A stretch of 64,000 nucleotides of DNA from Haliotis cracherodii (taxonomy: Eukaryota): assembly GCF_022045235.1 (NCBI RefSeq), contig NW_027266264.1, positions 19,716,001 to 19,780,000 of the forward strand, in the 5' to 3' direction. The first letter of the stretch is position 1, and the number at the start of each line of letters is the position of its first letter. Below are positions 46,301 through 59,325 of this stretch, one piece after another. The translations under genes and the position numbers were made by a program. The notes below the pieces were generated by a model. It searched no databases. It was not told the DNA's origin and worked only from the letters and a program-made list of their open reading frames with translations.

Positions 46301-49252
46301 TTATTTTTGGAATTAATCATGTCACTGATCAACGTTACCCTCCGGAACTGTTGTTGGCTGACGAATATTCTACTTAAGGTATCCATGCCAGTTTGAAGTA
46401 ATTCAGCTCGTATATATTAATGTATATCTACAGAATAGTGCCACTGACATTGTTTCGACGGAAGCTGAATTGTAACAAGATCTAAACGAGCCTTTCTTCA
46501 CGTTTCAACTTTTATTGAAAATTTCTTTGCGCTATAAAGACCAGGAGAATCGCCAGAAACGCTGTCCTAGAAAACATGCAGCTGATGTGAGAAATTGGTA
46601 TCACATCGCCTGTGAATATACTACTCAACTTTGGATAGGTATATTTTTTATGTTTCCATGAAACACAAAATTGCACGATTCTCGAGTGTACTTTTGACAT
46701 ATCTCAGTATCCCTTTCAAAAGTTGAGTAGTATGATGTGCTTAACGCGGTTCACTAGAAACTGCACTTTTTATCAGTATTCCTGGAGTAACATATCACGT
46801 TTATAGTATCACGTGGACTACAAACCACAGGTATCCTGATTTACGTGTGGTGTTGAACAATAAAACAGTAGCCTTACCCAACCCACAGAGCCGCAGGTGC
46901 AAGGCGAACACGATACAGCGACAAGACAGGGCTGCATTGTTCAGATTGCTGTGTGAATTACAGAGGAAATGCTACCATGGTAATACCGAATACCATCTGA
47001 TTTTTCACTTCTTACAATTGAGTCTCATTTGCTCACCTCTGATTCCGAATACTTCTTAACACAAATCTCAATAGAACATATTCACTCTTCATACGAAAAA
47101 ACATAAACACTTTAGAATAAATAATGCCACTTTAATGGTGATTTTGCGTTTCTTTTTGATGCTCTACGCGCTATTTTGAACTTTCTTGTCGTTTCACATG
47201 CATTGAATAGAAAAGGTACAATGGCAGCTTTGGCAAGCAATAAAACACTTGTTAACCTCTCGTACATGTCTGTTATAACAATACACATGGCTGCCGTGTT
47301 TCTCCTACTCCCCGCAGCCATAATTGTATTATATTTCGGGTACTGCCAAAAGTTATCCTAAATTAACACTGCATTGTCAACCCTGGTTGCCAGAAATATG
47401 GTAACTTCAGTTGATTCAATTTTTAATAATCGGACCCACGTATGTATTGCCTGTGCTGTCCTGTAAAATATAACTGCTTGTGTATTGCCTCATGTGACCT
47501 TAGCTCATATCCCCGCATATACTGTGTATGGAGTAGAATGCCGATATAACATGCATTGCCTTCGGTATTCTTGGCATATCACTGGCTATTATATATACAT
47601 ATGGTGATTATTGCGCAAGATAATCGCGGTAGGACATCTAGTCGAATCATTTGTGCTGTATTGATTAACGCAATATTGGCCTAATGTTAATACGTAATAC
47701 AGACATCATTGTTGATTTAATGTAAAATGATATCACAACGCAAAAGGCATCTTCGCCATTACAGATAAAGTTTGGATAATAAAGAGATTAGTGTGCGTGC
47801 GTGCGTGCGTGCTCTACACCTTTCACGAAACTTGCATCCAAATCCTAGTTCTCTCAAATGCAAATACTCAGTCACTCGTTTCATGAGCCATTACGACACA
47901 ATCACACACGTGATACTCGCTATGCATTGCATATGGCGTCGTAGGCATATGTCAGCACGTTGGCTGTGCTGTGGCTATCCTTATGACAGTGTCCCCGCCA
48001 GTGTTGTTCTAAGCTGGTCACGGTGTTGCCATTATGTCCTATTGTGACTCGTTGATTCCAAAGTTGAAACATGTAGGAGAACCCAGAAATCGGTACGTAC
48101 AGAACTAAATTGTGAAGTCAGCAAATAACCACACAAGATCAACGAATAATTAACAAATTATTTTTAAATACGCAGGATTATGTTTAGAATCACAAAAACA
48201 ATACGATGGGTCAAATATGTGACAGCAGCAATAAATAACAGGCACTATTACACAAGTCAGTGCACACACGAATGTCGAGTATTAGTCACAGTCAAATGCC
48301 TTGAATGAGACTCGTGTTCCGTTCTTGAGTCCAAGACATAGTGCACAGGCAAGAATTCATTGCTTTGTATCCTGTACTCACTGGGCAAGTTAGGTAACAG
48401 AAGGAAGCCTTGAATCACCTTCGTCTCGTTCCAGAACGTCCTCAGTGTTGTCGAACCTGGACTAACATTTAGTCCCAGAAATAAAGTTATCTTATTTAAC
48501 CAAAAATATCTATAAAATACAATAAACAAAATAGACCCGTGAAGATTCCGGGGTATAGATTGGTCTTCAGCAACCCATGCTTGCCGTAAAAGGTTACTAT
48601 GCTTGTCGTAAAAGGCGACTAACGGGATCGGGTGGTCAGGCTCGCTGACTTGGTTAATGCATGTCATCGATCCCAAATGCGTGGATCGATGCTCTTTATA
48701 TCAATCACTGGTATGTCTGATCCAGACTCGATTATTTACAGACCGCCGTCATATAGCTGGAATATTGCAGAGTGCGGCGTTAAACAACCAACCAACCAAC
48801 AAATAAACAAAATACAAATCGAGCCTTACAATACAATGCTTAATTTCAGAGCTGAGGTCTAGACCTGCCAAAGAATTCTAGGCTTGAGTTGGGTTCCCTT
48901 TTTAATTTATTCGGTACGGTCGAACCATGGGTCGGTAACTGTTTCCAAGCCTGCATGCAAGTCCCTAACAGTGGCGCTCTCTGTATTGCCGGGACAATAA
49001 CAGTCACAATAACTGCCTCCGTAGATGGTGTAGTAGATGAAGCGACTGCCAGGAGGGCGGAAGTTAGTGGTTCGATCCCCGGCCGCGCCATACAAAAAGG
49101 CGTCCAAAAGTTGTTACTTGTTGTTGCCCTGTCTGGTGCTCGGCATTAAGGGGCAAAACAAGAGTCAGTTTACTGTGTCTCTGAGTTGATAAACGGCGGA
49201 ATGGTATCTCATTGGGCTAGCACTAAAAATCGGCGTAAGTCTAGGTAGCTAT

Positions 49253-49300
<48 letters not shown>

Positions 49301-50337
49301 TATACGTGTTGCTATATAGTAATCTCGTTTGTTTGCTGCCATGACACGCCTCGGTAAGTCCTCTCACACAGGCTGAAGTTAGAATCAATGATTATGATGC
49401 ACATACTTCAATAACCGGATGATGCTTGATATAAATTAGTATCGGCTCGGATATCGGTTTCAGATGAACGTCCAAAAAGATTAATTATTTCCCGCGAAGT
49501 CAGCTTTGAAGGAAAATAGGTCTCTTTCGGTTTACTGTTGAGTCAGTCCTGCTGGTTTTCCGGGGAAGGATGTGTCCCGCCCTTCATCTCCTTCTAACCC
49601 GTCGGACCCGTGAGGATCCGGGTTAGAATAGGTCTTCAGCAACCTATGCTTGCCGTAAGAGGTGACTGCTTGTCGGAAGATCCGACTAACGGGATCGCTG
49701 ATTTGGTTGATCTATGTCATCGTATCCCAATTGTGTAGATCGATGCTCATGATGTCAATCACTGGATTGTCTGGTCCATACTGGATTATTTACAGACCGC
49801 CGTCATATAACTGAAATCTTGCGGCGGTAAACAACAAACAAACAAACAAACCTGTCGGGACGGATAGGAACGTGCGTGTTGTTCCACGGGAGGCCATCAT
49901 TCCTGCCTCATCGATCCCCCACTGGGGCTCACACTATTCTCTCTTATAATATGTATTCACTTATTGATGCAGCATGCCTATAATTCTGGCAGGTCATAAT
50001 CCCAAGGCTTAATCAAATATATCCTTGGCGACGTGTGAAGGTCTCACCTAGATCTACGGGAGTGGGCGCTGTTTTCACCTCGGGCGCTGAGTCACGTAGA
50101 GCGCATTGCTAATCACGAAACAAACATCAGGGCGAAAGTATATATACATAAATCTATTCAAACGATACGTGGATCATTTACTAATACCGTTTTAAAATGT
50201 TAAAAACAATTGGTGCCAGTGCCAGATTACCATTCTTCCTAAAAAAGTAGTATTGGTTTTGATTTCTTCTCTAAAGACAGTTTCAAAAAAGACAGTTGAA
50301 GTTGGCAATATTTTGTATAGGGACTATACACATAGAC

Positions 50338-50375
<38 letters not shown>

Positions 50376-53300
50376 TCACACTGTGCATTGTTACTTTGAA
50401 CTCATGACTCTCCTTCAGATTTTGACATTGAGTGATAAGAACCAACATCATACTGAGACTGCTTTCAAAACATATTGTTTATTCTAGGCGAGTTTACGAC
50501 GTTACGATTACTTAAAACGTTTCTTTCACCAAAGCGCGTTCCCCCGACTCGGTTCGGGTAATCTAAATGCAAATAATACAGCGCTACGCTTTGTGCTGTG
50601 AACTTGATTAAGATTTGTGAACGTGTGGTCGTGTTGCCACTTATGTATATACCATGATACACTAGGTGAACTCAACGAAACAGAATACATTGCATTCCGT
50701 TGACAAGTCTTACCATACAAACAATATACATTACCATGATTCAATATTTCAGCAATGCAGAGTCAAAAATTCAATATATCTGCAATACAAAGGAAATATT
50801 ATCCTTCGACATAGACGGCATGTATTGTTATATATCCCTGTCCGCTGGAAGTAAGAGGACATGGATTGTTGGACGGTGGGGTAGCATGGGCGGATACAGC
50901 TTTTTTGAAAAGGGGGTGCACAATTAAGATCTATTTATTGTCTTTGGTGGTAATTTATACAGAAATAAAAAAAAAATATAGAAATAAAAAGGGGGTTGCG
51001 CACCCCCGCACCCCCATCTGTATCCGCCCATGGGTAGCCTTATGGCTACAGCGTTCCCTCGTCACGCCAAAGATTTGGGTTCGAATCAACACAAGGGTAG
51101 AGTGTGTGAAACCCATTTCTAGTGTCCCCCCGACATAATATGGCAGGAATATTGCTAAAAGCGGCGTAAAAACATACTCACTCACTCTCACGTGGCATCT
51201 CCACATTGAACTTTCACAAGACCACGTGACTTCTTCACATTGCACTTTCACAAGACCACGTGACATCATCACATTGTACTTTCACAAGACCACGTGACAT
51301 TTTCACATTGCACTTTAACAAGACCACGTGACATCTTCACATTGCACTTTAACAAGACCACGTGCCATCTTCACATTGCACTTTAACAATATCACGTGGT
51401 ATCTTCATATTTGGGCTCGACCACATAACCTAACATTCGACACTGCTGTCTTCACGTTGCACTCACTACACAACATCCTGTCAGCTGCTGAATGTTAGTT
51501 GAACCTTTACAGTTGAACGGATACGCCATGTTTGATTCATTTCAGACAACCAAGGGGTTTGATGCCTCCAAGTTCCGGGCTGCGAACCAGGGAAAGGTAG
51601 GTTGGTTCTGCCATTGCTGGTCGCTATCACCGCTACTTATATGACTATCACACAAATAACATGCGCTGATTTAGACAGGTTCCGTCGCATCATGATCATC
51701 CAAGCTTGTTCCATCCAGTAACAAATGGGGAATGTTTTGTATTTATAAGTGAGACATGCGAGAACTCCCATAGTAATCAAGTTCTCATTTTGTTACAGCC
51801 TGTTCGAGAAAAGGACATTTTCTCCAATCAAGACGGTAAGTTTAAAAATTAGATAAGCCATTAGTGATCCGACGAAAGTTAAACATAGTTGTTTGTTTCT
51901 TTAATGCCACACTCAGCAGTGTTCCATCCATGTGACAACGGCCTGTAAATAGTCGAGTCTGGACCAGACGATCCTGTGACTGATATCATCATCCACGTTG
52001 TTGGGGTACGATGATACGCTATCAACAAAGTCACCTAGTCTGAATGCTCGATCGCTGTGGACCAATTCTCATCCTGAATCCCCACGGGGCGACAGCTATA
52101 CACCTGTGTAGATGATTTCATTTCAGTGGATGAACTAGCATCTCTCAGCAGACCCACTAAGCCTCGACCACATGGTCGTGAAACAGACATTAAGAATTAT
52201 AATTTGTTTGTTTGTTAGTTGTTTAACGCCGTCCTCGGCAATAGTTTAGCCATATGACGAGGTCTGTAAATAATCGAGACTGGAGCAGACAATCCAGCGA
52301 CTCACATCAACAGCATCGATCCACAGAAATGGGATACGATGACATGCATCAAGCAAGTCAGCGAGCCTGTTCACCCGATCCCTTTAGTCGCCATCTTCCC
52401 GAGGCAAGAGAGTTAACTGACTATAAAAGTCCAGTTTCCACCCTTGCCGAACTAGGCTGGTATTATGGAGATACATTTTGGCTGGACTAACGAGTCTATG
52501 CATAGTCCAATCAAAATCGCGCACCGAAATTGAAATCCGGTTCGTAAACTGTCGTGCAGATTTCGGTCGATTGCAGGATTTGCAAAACACTTGTTGTCAG
52601 CAGATATTTTCAAAATCTTCTCATGTTTTTAATCAAGGTGCTCACGTGATTTGATGCATTTCGCGATGTAAGACCCGTTTTATCACAATATAGATATTGA
52701 TTATCGATCAGATCGTCCTGGCCGGGAGCAACCATTTTGTGTGAAGCAAACGCAAGTGATACGAGAGGTGGAATCAGATTGGTCCTTAGGAGAGGCTTAG
52801 ACGGGACATATTTGGTAATAGCCACTGGTGGCGCTACGATCGAGCCTAGTAATTCCAGCCTAGTTCGGCAAGGGTGGAAACTGGACTTTTAAAGTCAGTT
52901 AACTCTCTTGCCTCGGGAAGATGGTTAGTCGCCTCTTACGACAAGCATGAGGTGCTGAAGAAAGATTTCGAACCTAGCCGGATAATCATTATTAACATGG
53001 GGCGTCGCTGTAGGCAGAGAAACGTTTTTACGTGGAATACAAAATGTCGTAGAAATGGCAGGCATCGTCTAGACAGTAGAACTCCTAGTCTTATTAGTCA
53101 AGTCTAGTAGTTTATCCGGACAGTTTCTAATCCGGACGAATTTACCAGGGCTCACTTGCACAAAGCAATCTTAGCACTACAACTATTGTAAGCCTATGTT
53201 AAAGTATGGGAGTTACGATTATCTTAGTGCTAAGATCGCTTTGTGCAAGTGGGACCAGGAACACTCGCCCAGATTAATGGGGATTCACTGTAATATGTTA

Positions 53301-55279
53301 TCTGTAAGTTGATATAAAATAGTTAATATATTTTCATCATAGTGCGTCCGAGACATGTGTTATGTGTAACTTGTCGTGTTTTGTTTCAGAGTTTGAGACG
53401 CCTCGATATCTCCGGTCCAGTGAGCCAGAGGAAAAACAGACGACCGTCAGCCAAAAGCCAACGTGCGTATTTATACACTGATGACACTTACCATGACTTA
53501 AGCGTTTCTCTGTTCACGTATTCACTTCCAGTGTAAAGGTAGTATGAACTTGGACGGGAGCGAGAGGCCAGTAATCTAAAGGCGCTGCAATTCTCCCTTA
53601 GGTGGTCCAGAAATATATTTTGAATCCCCGATTCGCTTGATTGTGTTTCTAGGTTTGTCAGCACCATACGCGTGTCCGTGTGATTTACCAAAGCGGTAAA
53701 GAAGATCCGGGATAGAATAGGTCTTCAGCAACCCATGCTTGCCGTAACAGGCGACTGTGTTTGTCGTAACAGGCGACTGTGCTTGTCGTAAGAGGCGACT
53801 AACGGGATCGGGTGGTCAGGCTCGCTGACTTGGTTGATGCATGTCATCGTATCCGAATTCCGTGGATTCATGCTCATGATACCAATCACTGGATTGTCTG
53901 GACCAGACTCGATTATTTACAGACCGTCGTCATATAGCTTGAATATTGCTGAGTGCGGCGTTAAACAACAAATAAACAAACAAACCAAAGCGATAAACGT
54001 GTAGGACCTTCATCACTTCGGGCTTTCAAGCTGCACGTCGTACTGTAACTGAAAAACTGTTTAAAGCAGCTTTAACCTCACTCACTCATACTAACGAATC
54101 TGATACGTGTTAACAAACTACATTTTCCCTCGACAGTCGGGTGTCAACCGAACATGTAATTAGTCGGAATCGTACAATCGATTCTGCTCTATACAGAGAT
54201 TTCTATTGGAAATGGAAAGGGTTTAGTCGCTTTATTTACACACGTGAATCAGAAATTGTATTGTACTAACCGATCCTGGCGTGTGATACCTTGGTTATTC
54301 ATCGATTAAACGTTTTCAATAATGTACATCGCCACGGCGACACGACGGTTGAACTAATGGCTAAAACTAAGGTAAATTGCTAGAACTCGTCGACCGTTGC
54401 AGGACTTCAATTAAATGATTGCAGAAACGATTCTCTCCCGTTCTGAATAATACACGAGTGCAGACGACACCGTGGGTGATATATTGTCAATGTTAATACG
54501 TTAATGACGGTCAAATAAAATGTTGAAGGCTATGTTCATATATGACCAACATACAATTCCCTGTGGTACCGTTGAATATGAACCTTTTAAGAATTCACAG
54601 TTTTAGTTACATAGTTTTTAAATTTTTGTCCATTTACGGCTATAAACTCATGAAGATCCGGGGTAGAATAGGTCTTCAGCAACCCATGCTTGCCGTCAAG
54701 GGTGACTGTGCTTGTCGTAAGAGGCGACTATAACGGGATCGGGTGGTCAGGCTCACTGACTTGGTTGATGCGTGTCATCGTATCCCAATTCCGTGGATCG
54801 ATACTCATGCTGTCAATCACTGGATTGTCTTGTCCAGACTCGATTATTTACACACCGCCGTCATATAGCTAAAATCTTGCTGAGTGTGGCGTTAAACAAA
54901 TAAACAATAACAAAAATAACACATGTATATTTTATGACTCACCTAACCTTCCAGCTCAAATGCCGTTGGTCCTAAAAAAAAAGGTTAGTGTATAGCAACG
55001 TAATCCATTACTTGGGACAAGGGGGCGACGGGTAGTGGATTACTGCGATGTTCGTGAGAGGCTAGTTATTGTTTAAGTCACTGTTTTAAAACGTTCAGCC
55101 ATTTTTTCTGGATGGTCACATGGTCCGTCCCTTGTTGTAGATGGGTGGTGTTCTGTTGCAGACCGATGGTGCTCCCCCAATACAATAAGGAGGAGGAAGA
55201 CCTGATGGCCCAGTTGATGGAGGACGATGACTTCTTCCCTCATCAAGCCATGCACCACTCCAACATCATGACGTTCTGA
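43344..55279 (+). CDS. Uncharacterised 275-aa predicted N-myristoylated protein with cystin-1-like termini, 5 coding exons
   Basis: Exons 43344-43892, 51546-51596, 51799-51835, 53390-53462 and 55162-55279, with GT-AG junctions and phases 0/0/1/2 giving one open frame (828 nt). MGSGSS...GFDASKFRAAN...PQYNKEEEDLMAQLMEDDDFF...TF*. Confidence 0.75.
44942..47414. mobile_element. Degenerate DNA transposon relic of about 2.5 kb bounded by about 38-bp inverted repeats
   Basis: tcaaccgaggtcaccccatttctagcaaccagggttgac (44942) versus gtcaaccctggttgccagaaatatggtaacttcagttga (47376-47414). Confidence 0.5.
45353..45727 (-). mobile_element. Family B SINE containing a nested family C SINE (45388-45548)
   Basis: The C copy is flanked by TSD ccgc(t/a)tttaacagt within the B tail. 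Confidence 0.85.
48534..48800 (+). mobile_element. Family A retroposon (full length)
   Basis: Starts gacccgtgaag, has a (caac)n tail and a 13-bp TSD aataaacaaaata. Confidence 0.92.
49013..49297 (+). mobile_element. tRNA-derived SINE with Nin/Deu-like central domain and (CA)n tail
   Basis: A box tggtgtagtag, B box ggttcgatccc, central tacttgttgttgccctgtctggtgctcggcattaaggg. Confidence 0.65.
49605..49850 (+). mobile_element. Family A retroposon copy
   Basis: Starts gacccgtgag, has a (caaa)n tail and TSD aacc(c/t)gtcg. Confidence 0.88.
50871..51188 (+). mobile_element. Family C SINE containing a nested MITE (50885-51032)
   Basis: MITE TIR catgggcggatacag/ctgtatccgcccatg with 5-bp TSD ggtag, inside the SINE head. 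Confidence 0.8.
51189..51410. repeat. 34-bp minisatellite (ttcacattgcactttcacaagaccacgtgacatc), about 6 units
   Basis: Direct inspection. Confidence 0.9.
52204..52960 (-). mobile_element. Family A retroposon interrupted by a DNA transposon
   Basis: The consensus resumes (ttagtcgcctcttacgacaagcat) after the insert. Confidence 0.8.
52392..52923. mobile_element. Non-autonomous long-TIR DNA transposon (second copy)
   Basis: Homologous to 40840-41383, with duplicated target (t/g)ttagtcgc. Confidence 0.88.
53149..53255. mobile_element. Palindromic MITE, PIF/Harbinger-like
   Basis: cacttgcacaaagcaatcttagcacta and tagtgctaagatcgctttgtgcaagtg, flanked by CAG/CAG. Confidence 0.7.
53552..54089 (+). 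mobile_element. Diverged family B SINE containing a nested family A copy (53701-53985)
   Basis: TSD accaaagcg(g/a)taaa around the A copy. Confidence 0.82.
54650..54910 (+). mobile_element. Family A retroposon copy
   Basis: Matches consensus. Confidence 0.88.
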
Positions 55280-55635
55280 GTTCCAATCTGTCAACAGTCT
55301 ATCTGGCTGGGAATCCTGAGACAGTTCACTCTACACACTAAGGAGTACATTCGAGCAGAGGGGTTGATGCACTTTGGTTATCGGCATCAAATTTATGTAT
55401 GCTGAAAAACAACTTTGGTGCGTTTCAGATTCAGTTGTGATTGCTGCTAAACAAACATTCAATCATAGATTCTACTGTAACATATTTACTGTCAACATGT
55501 TGAGAACAATGTCCACTAACTCTGTGCTGAGGACAACCCTCTCAATGCACATTGCATGTGTGGCGGCCATTTTGAATTTTCAAGATACATCAAACATTCT
55601 TTGCTGCACATGGGGGATATGTTCCAAACAAATAA

Positions 55636-55790
55636 CAGAGGTAGAAACCAACATTTTTAGTCCACTAGTCCTCACAATAACATATAGCAAAACCCTTAAA
55701 ATGGCAAATGTCTACTTGTCCTTATGTCCTTGTCCTTTAACACATTGGCTTTTCCAAGGACTACAATACTAGTGCCAATTTCTAACACTG
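55636..55790. mobile_element. MITE with CAG...CTG termini (third copy, inverted)
   Basis: Reverse complement is homologous to 34861 and 37084. Flanks aataa/aatta. Confidence 0.65.
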
Positions 55791-56927
55791 AATTAAACTG
55801 TTCTCAGTATTTCAGCTGTCACCCAAGTAGTTGTTTTGAGAAACCAGTCAGTTTGAGTTACAACTAGATGACAAATCTACAACTACTACACACCAATGAC
55901 CATGATGACAGTACCACCCATCTAGCCCTGGTGAAAACATTTTTATGAGACCCTATTGGGTTTATTTGTTATTTTCATGCCTACTCAGTTTGAAAAATGC
56001 TGTGATTTGTATCTCTGTTTTATCATCAATTAATGAAAGACATATATACAGACATTGTCTACCATCACTTTTGTTTCTTAACTTGGTCAGTTAGGTAAGT
56101 TTTATTTTCAGTTTTATAGGACAAGATGCATGAGCAACAATCACAAGTCCATTACAAATAACTGAACAAGTTTAACAAACTAATAACTTATATTACAAAT
56201 GCCTGTTGGTCATATGTTCTTTTGTTTTAATTTTATGATGTAATGATATGTCAAACTATATATTATTTATCATCCACAAATAATCTTCCACAGGAGATAT
56301 CAGCCATATCTGATGAAACAGCAGACCATTGTGACACCATCAGTTACCATGACAACACTATCAAATGACAGCACTAATGTGTCTGCCACTGGTTAGGTGT
56401 TCTTGTTACACTCATGACACTGGTTATTACTAAAATAAAATTAGAAGAATGTTTTGGATGATAAATAGGATCTTTCCATAGTGTCTTTTGATATAAAACA
56501 TATCACCACTTGTCGTTAAAATTTAAAACTCTGAGGCATAACCTGTTCTGTTATGTTTTATATCAAATGACACTTGGGCGAGATTCTCTGTTTCCCCACC
56601 CCTGCTGGACACAAGCACAGTGCCTGAGAGAATGTTGAATTACAGAGCAATATTCCAGACAAATGTTGGGCATCTGATCTTACATTAGGACTTTCCAACA
56701 TTGAGAGGATTTTTTCAGTCAGGGTATTTTCAGCTGGTAACAAAATCAATTTTGTCATCTTCATTCCTCCTCGTAACCATGACGATCTCATGATCAGATA
56801 ACTATCTGATGTTGCACCTATACTTGTAACATAATCTAGTATATATATACATATATGGTGCTATGAACAGCACTTTGATGGGAAAAGCACTGACTGACTG
56901 AGGAACATTGTACATACATTATCACTG

Positions 56928-57218
56928 TACCCGTGAAGATCCGGGTTAGAATAGGTCTTCAGTAACCCATGCTTGCCGTAAAAGGCAACTATGCTTGTCG
57001 TAAGAGGCGACTATGCTTGTCGTAAGAGGCGACTAATGGGATCAGATGGTCAGGCTTGTTGACTTGGTTGATGCATGTCATTGATCCCAATTGCGTGGAT
57101 CAATGCTCATTATATTAATCACTGAATTGTCTGGTCCAGACTCGATTAATTACAGACGCCGTCATACAGCTGGGATATTGCTGTGTGTGGCGTTAAACAA
57201 CAAACCAACCAACCAACC
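56928..57218 (+). mobile_element. Family A retroposon (three internal hairpin modules)
   Basis: Matches consensus, TSD cat(t/c)atcactg. Confidence 0.9.
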
Positions 57219-57224
57219 ATCATC

Positions 57225-57755
57225 ACTGACTGACAGAGGAACATTGTATATACATTATCCTGACTGACACAGGAATATTGCATGTACATTATCCTGACTG
57301 AGGAGCATTGTAAATACATGATCCTGACTGACAGAGGGACTGACAGAGGAACATTGTATATACATTATCCTGACTGACTGAGGAACATTGTATATACATT
57401 ATCCTGACTGACAGAGGAACATTGTATATACATTATCCTGACTGACAGAGGAACATTGTATATACATTATCCTGACTGACTGAGGAACATTGTATATACA
57501 TTATCCTGACTGACTGAGGAACGTTGTATATACATTATCCTGACTGACTGAGGAACATTGTATATACATTATCCTGACTGACTGAGGAACATTGCATATA
57601 CATTATCCTGACTGACTGTGGAACATTGTACATACATTATCCTGACTGACTGACTGAGGAACATTGTATATACATTATCCTGACTGACTGACTGAGGAAC
57701 ATTGTATATACATTATCTTGACTGACTGACTGAGGAACATTGTATATACGTTATA
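57225..57755. repeat. 34-38-bp minisatellite (ctgactgactgaggaacattgtatatacattatc), about 15 units
   Basis: Direct inspection. Confidence 0.95.
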
Positions 57756-57765
57756 TCATAACTCG

Positions 57766-57873
57766 TAATAGCCACTGGTGGCAACACGATTGAGCCCAGA
57801 AATTCCAGCCTAGTTCGGCAAGGGTGGAAAATGGACTTTTACAGTCAGTTAACCCCCTTGCCTCGTGAAGATG
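57766..57873. mobile_element. Right-end fragment of the long-TIR DNA transposon
   Basis: taatagccactggtggc...ccagcctagttcggcaagggtggaaa...gcctcgtgaagatg. Confidence 0.8.
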
Positions 57874-59325
57874 GAGACTGTCATACTTATCTCCATTTTG
57901 AACCTAACTAAGACTCTCTAGTCTGTGATATTCTGATGATATGCAATAGTTTTACCTCCAAGTGTCACATCCTCTGAACTACTCCCTTGTACACAGACAA
58001 CCAGTGAGGCTGAAACGATACACCTGCATTAATCTGAACAATATCCTATCCGTATGTAGGCTACTCTTTACAAATTATTTATCTTGTTTGAATATTTGAT
58101 GGTCTGAAAGCAAATAGTGTTTGACATTCATATATAGTCTGTTCAGTCTCATCCTGTTTTGGTGGTGTCCTGACATAAACACAGGACATCACATAGTGAA
58201 ATAGTGCATCGTGAAGTATTAGGCTATATATCTTACTGTGTATCGTTTTTGACCCCAGACTTTCATAGGTAGTGTGTTTCTCATCTTCTGTCAGTCCTAA
58301 TGTTCTACATCCACCCATTCTTGAAATCATCCTGCTCAGATACAAAGTAAGACATTTCCCATTTCTTAAAACAATTTGCGCTGTATTTTATTGAAATAGA
58401 GCTGCATTTTAGTCTGTGATTAAAGCTCTCAATAGTGTTGTACTTTGAATACAGCACAGTAAATATGTTGAGAGTTTGGGAGGGCTTCTCGAAAATGATA
58501 CCTTTTAAGTTTTATAACCAGGTGAAGACTTTTGCACATATCAAACCATATGTCCTTCATATTCTCAACTGAAGGCAATTTATATACTGTATTCGATGTA
58601 ATAAGCGCCCTGGGCAGTCTCAAAATTAGAAATAGGGGGCTCCTGTTAGAATATTATTTTGGTGAAAAAACAGAGTTGAAACATAAATTTTGTGGTTTAT
58701 GCTGACAGCCTGAAATATGTATATATAACAGATATATTTTTCCAGAATTTAATTGCCCATAATTAAGGGTGCATACAACACATGAGTGCGTATTATACGA
58801 GAATAAATAAGTCTTGTGTACATCGATCAATCGGAAGGGGTGCTAATTGGGATTGTTCACTAGCCAATATATTACCAAATATCGCCGTACACGCTTATTA
58901 GAGCGGGGCGCTTATTACGTCGAATACGGTATTTTATGTTTGCTCGCCAGTCACACAGATCAGCACGGGGATGAGAAACACAGCTTAACGTGGATGGGCG
59001 TACAGCCAAGCCCAGGTGCCCAGTGTCCGTAGAGAACTCATGTATGTTGGACATTAATAAACAATACTTGCCAAGTGTATACAAACGTACCTGTATGTAC
59101 ATAATTATACATTTTGGTAGTTGCAACAATTACAGCTGTGTTATTGACTAAATAAAATATACTTTCTATAGTCCGATTCTTGTGTTTATTTCAGATGTTA
59201 ACCATGTTAACCACAATTTTCATCATATTCTACTGAAACACAAGAAGCTACCTGCTGCCAATACATTGTACCTGGCATTTGGGATGTCATAACACTCTTG
59301 CCTCCTATACTGATACATGTCACAG

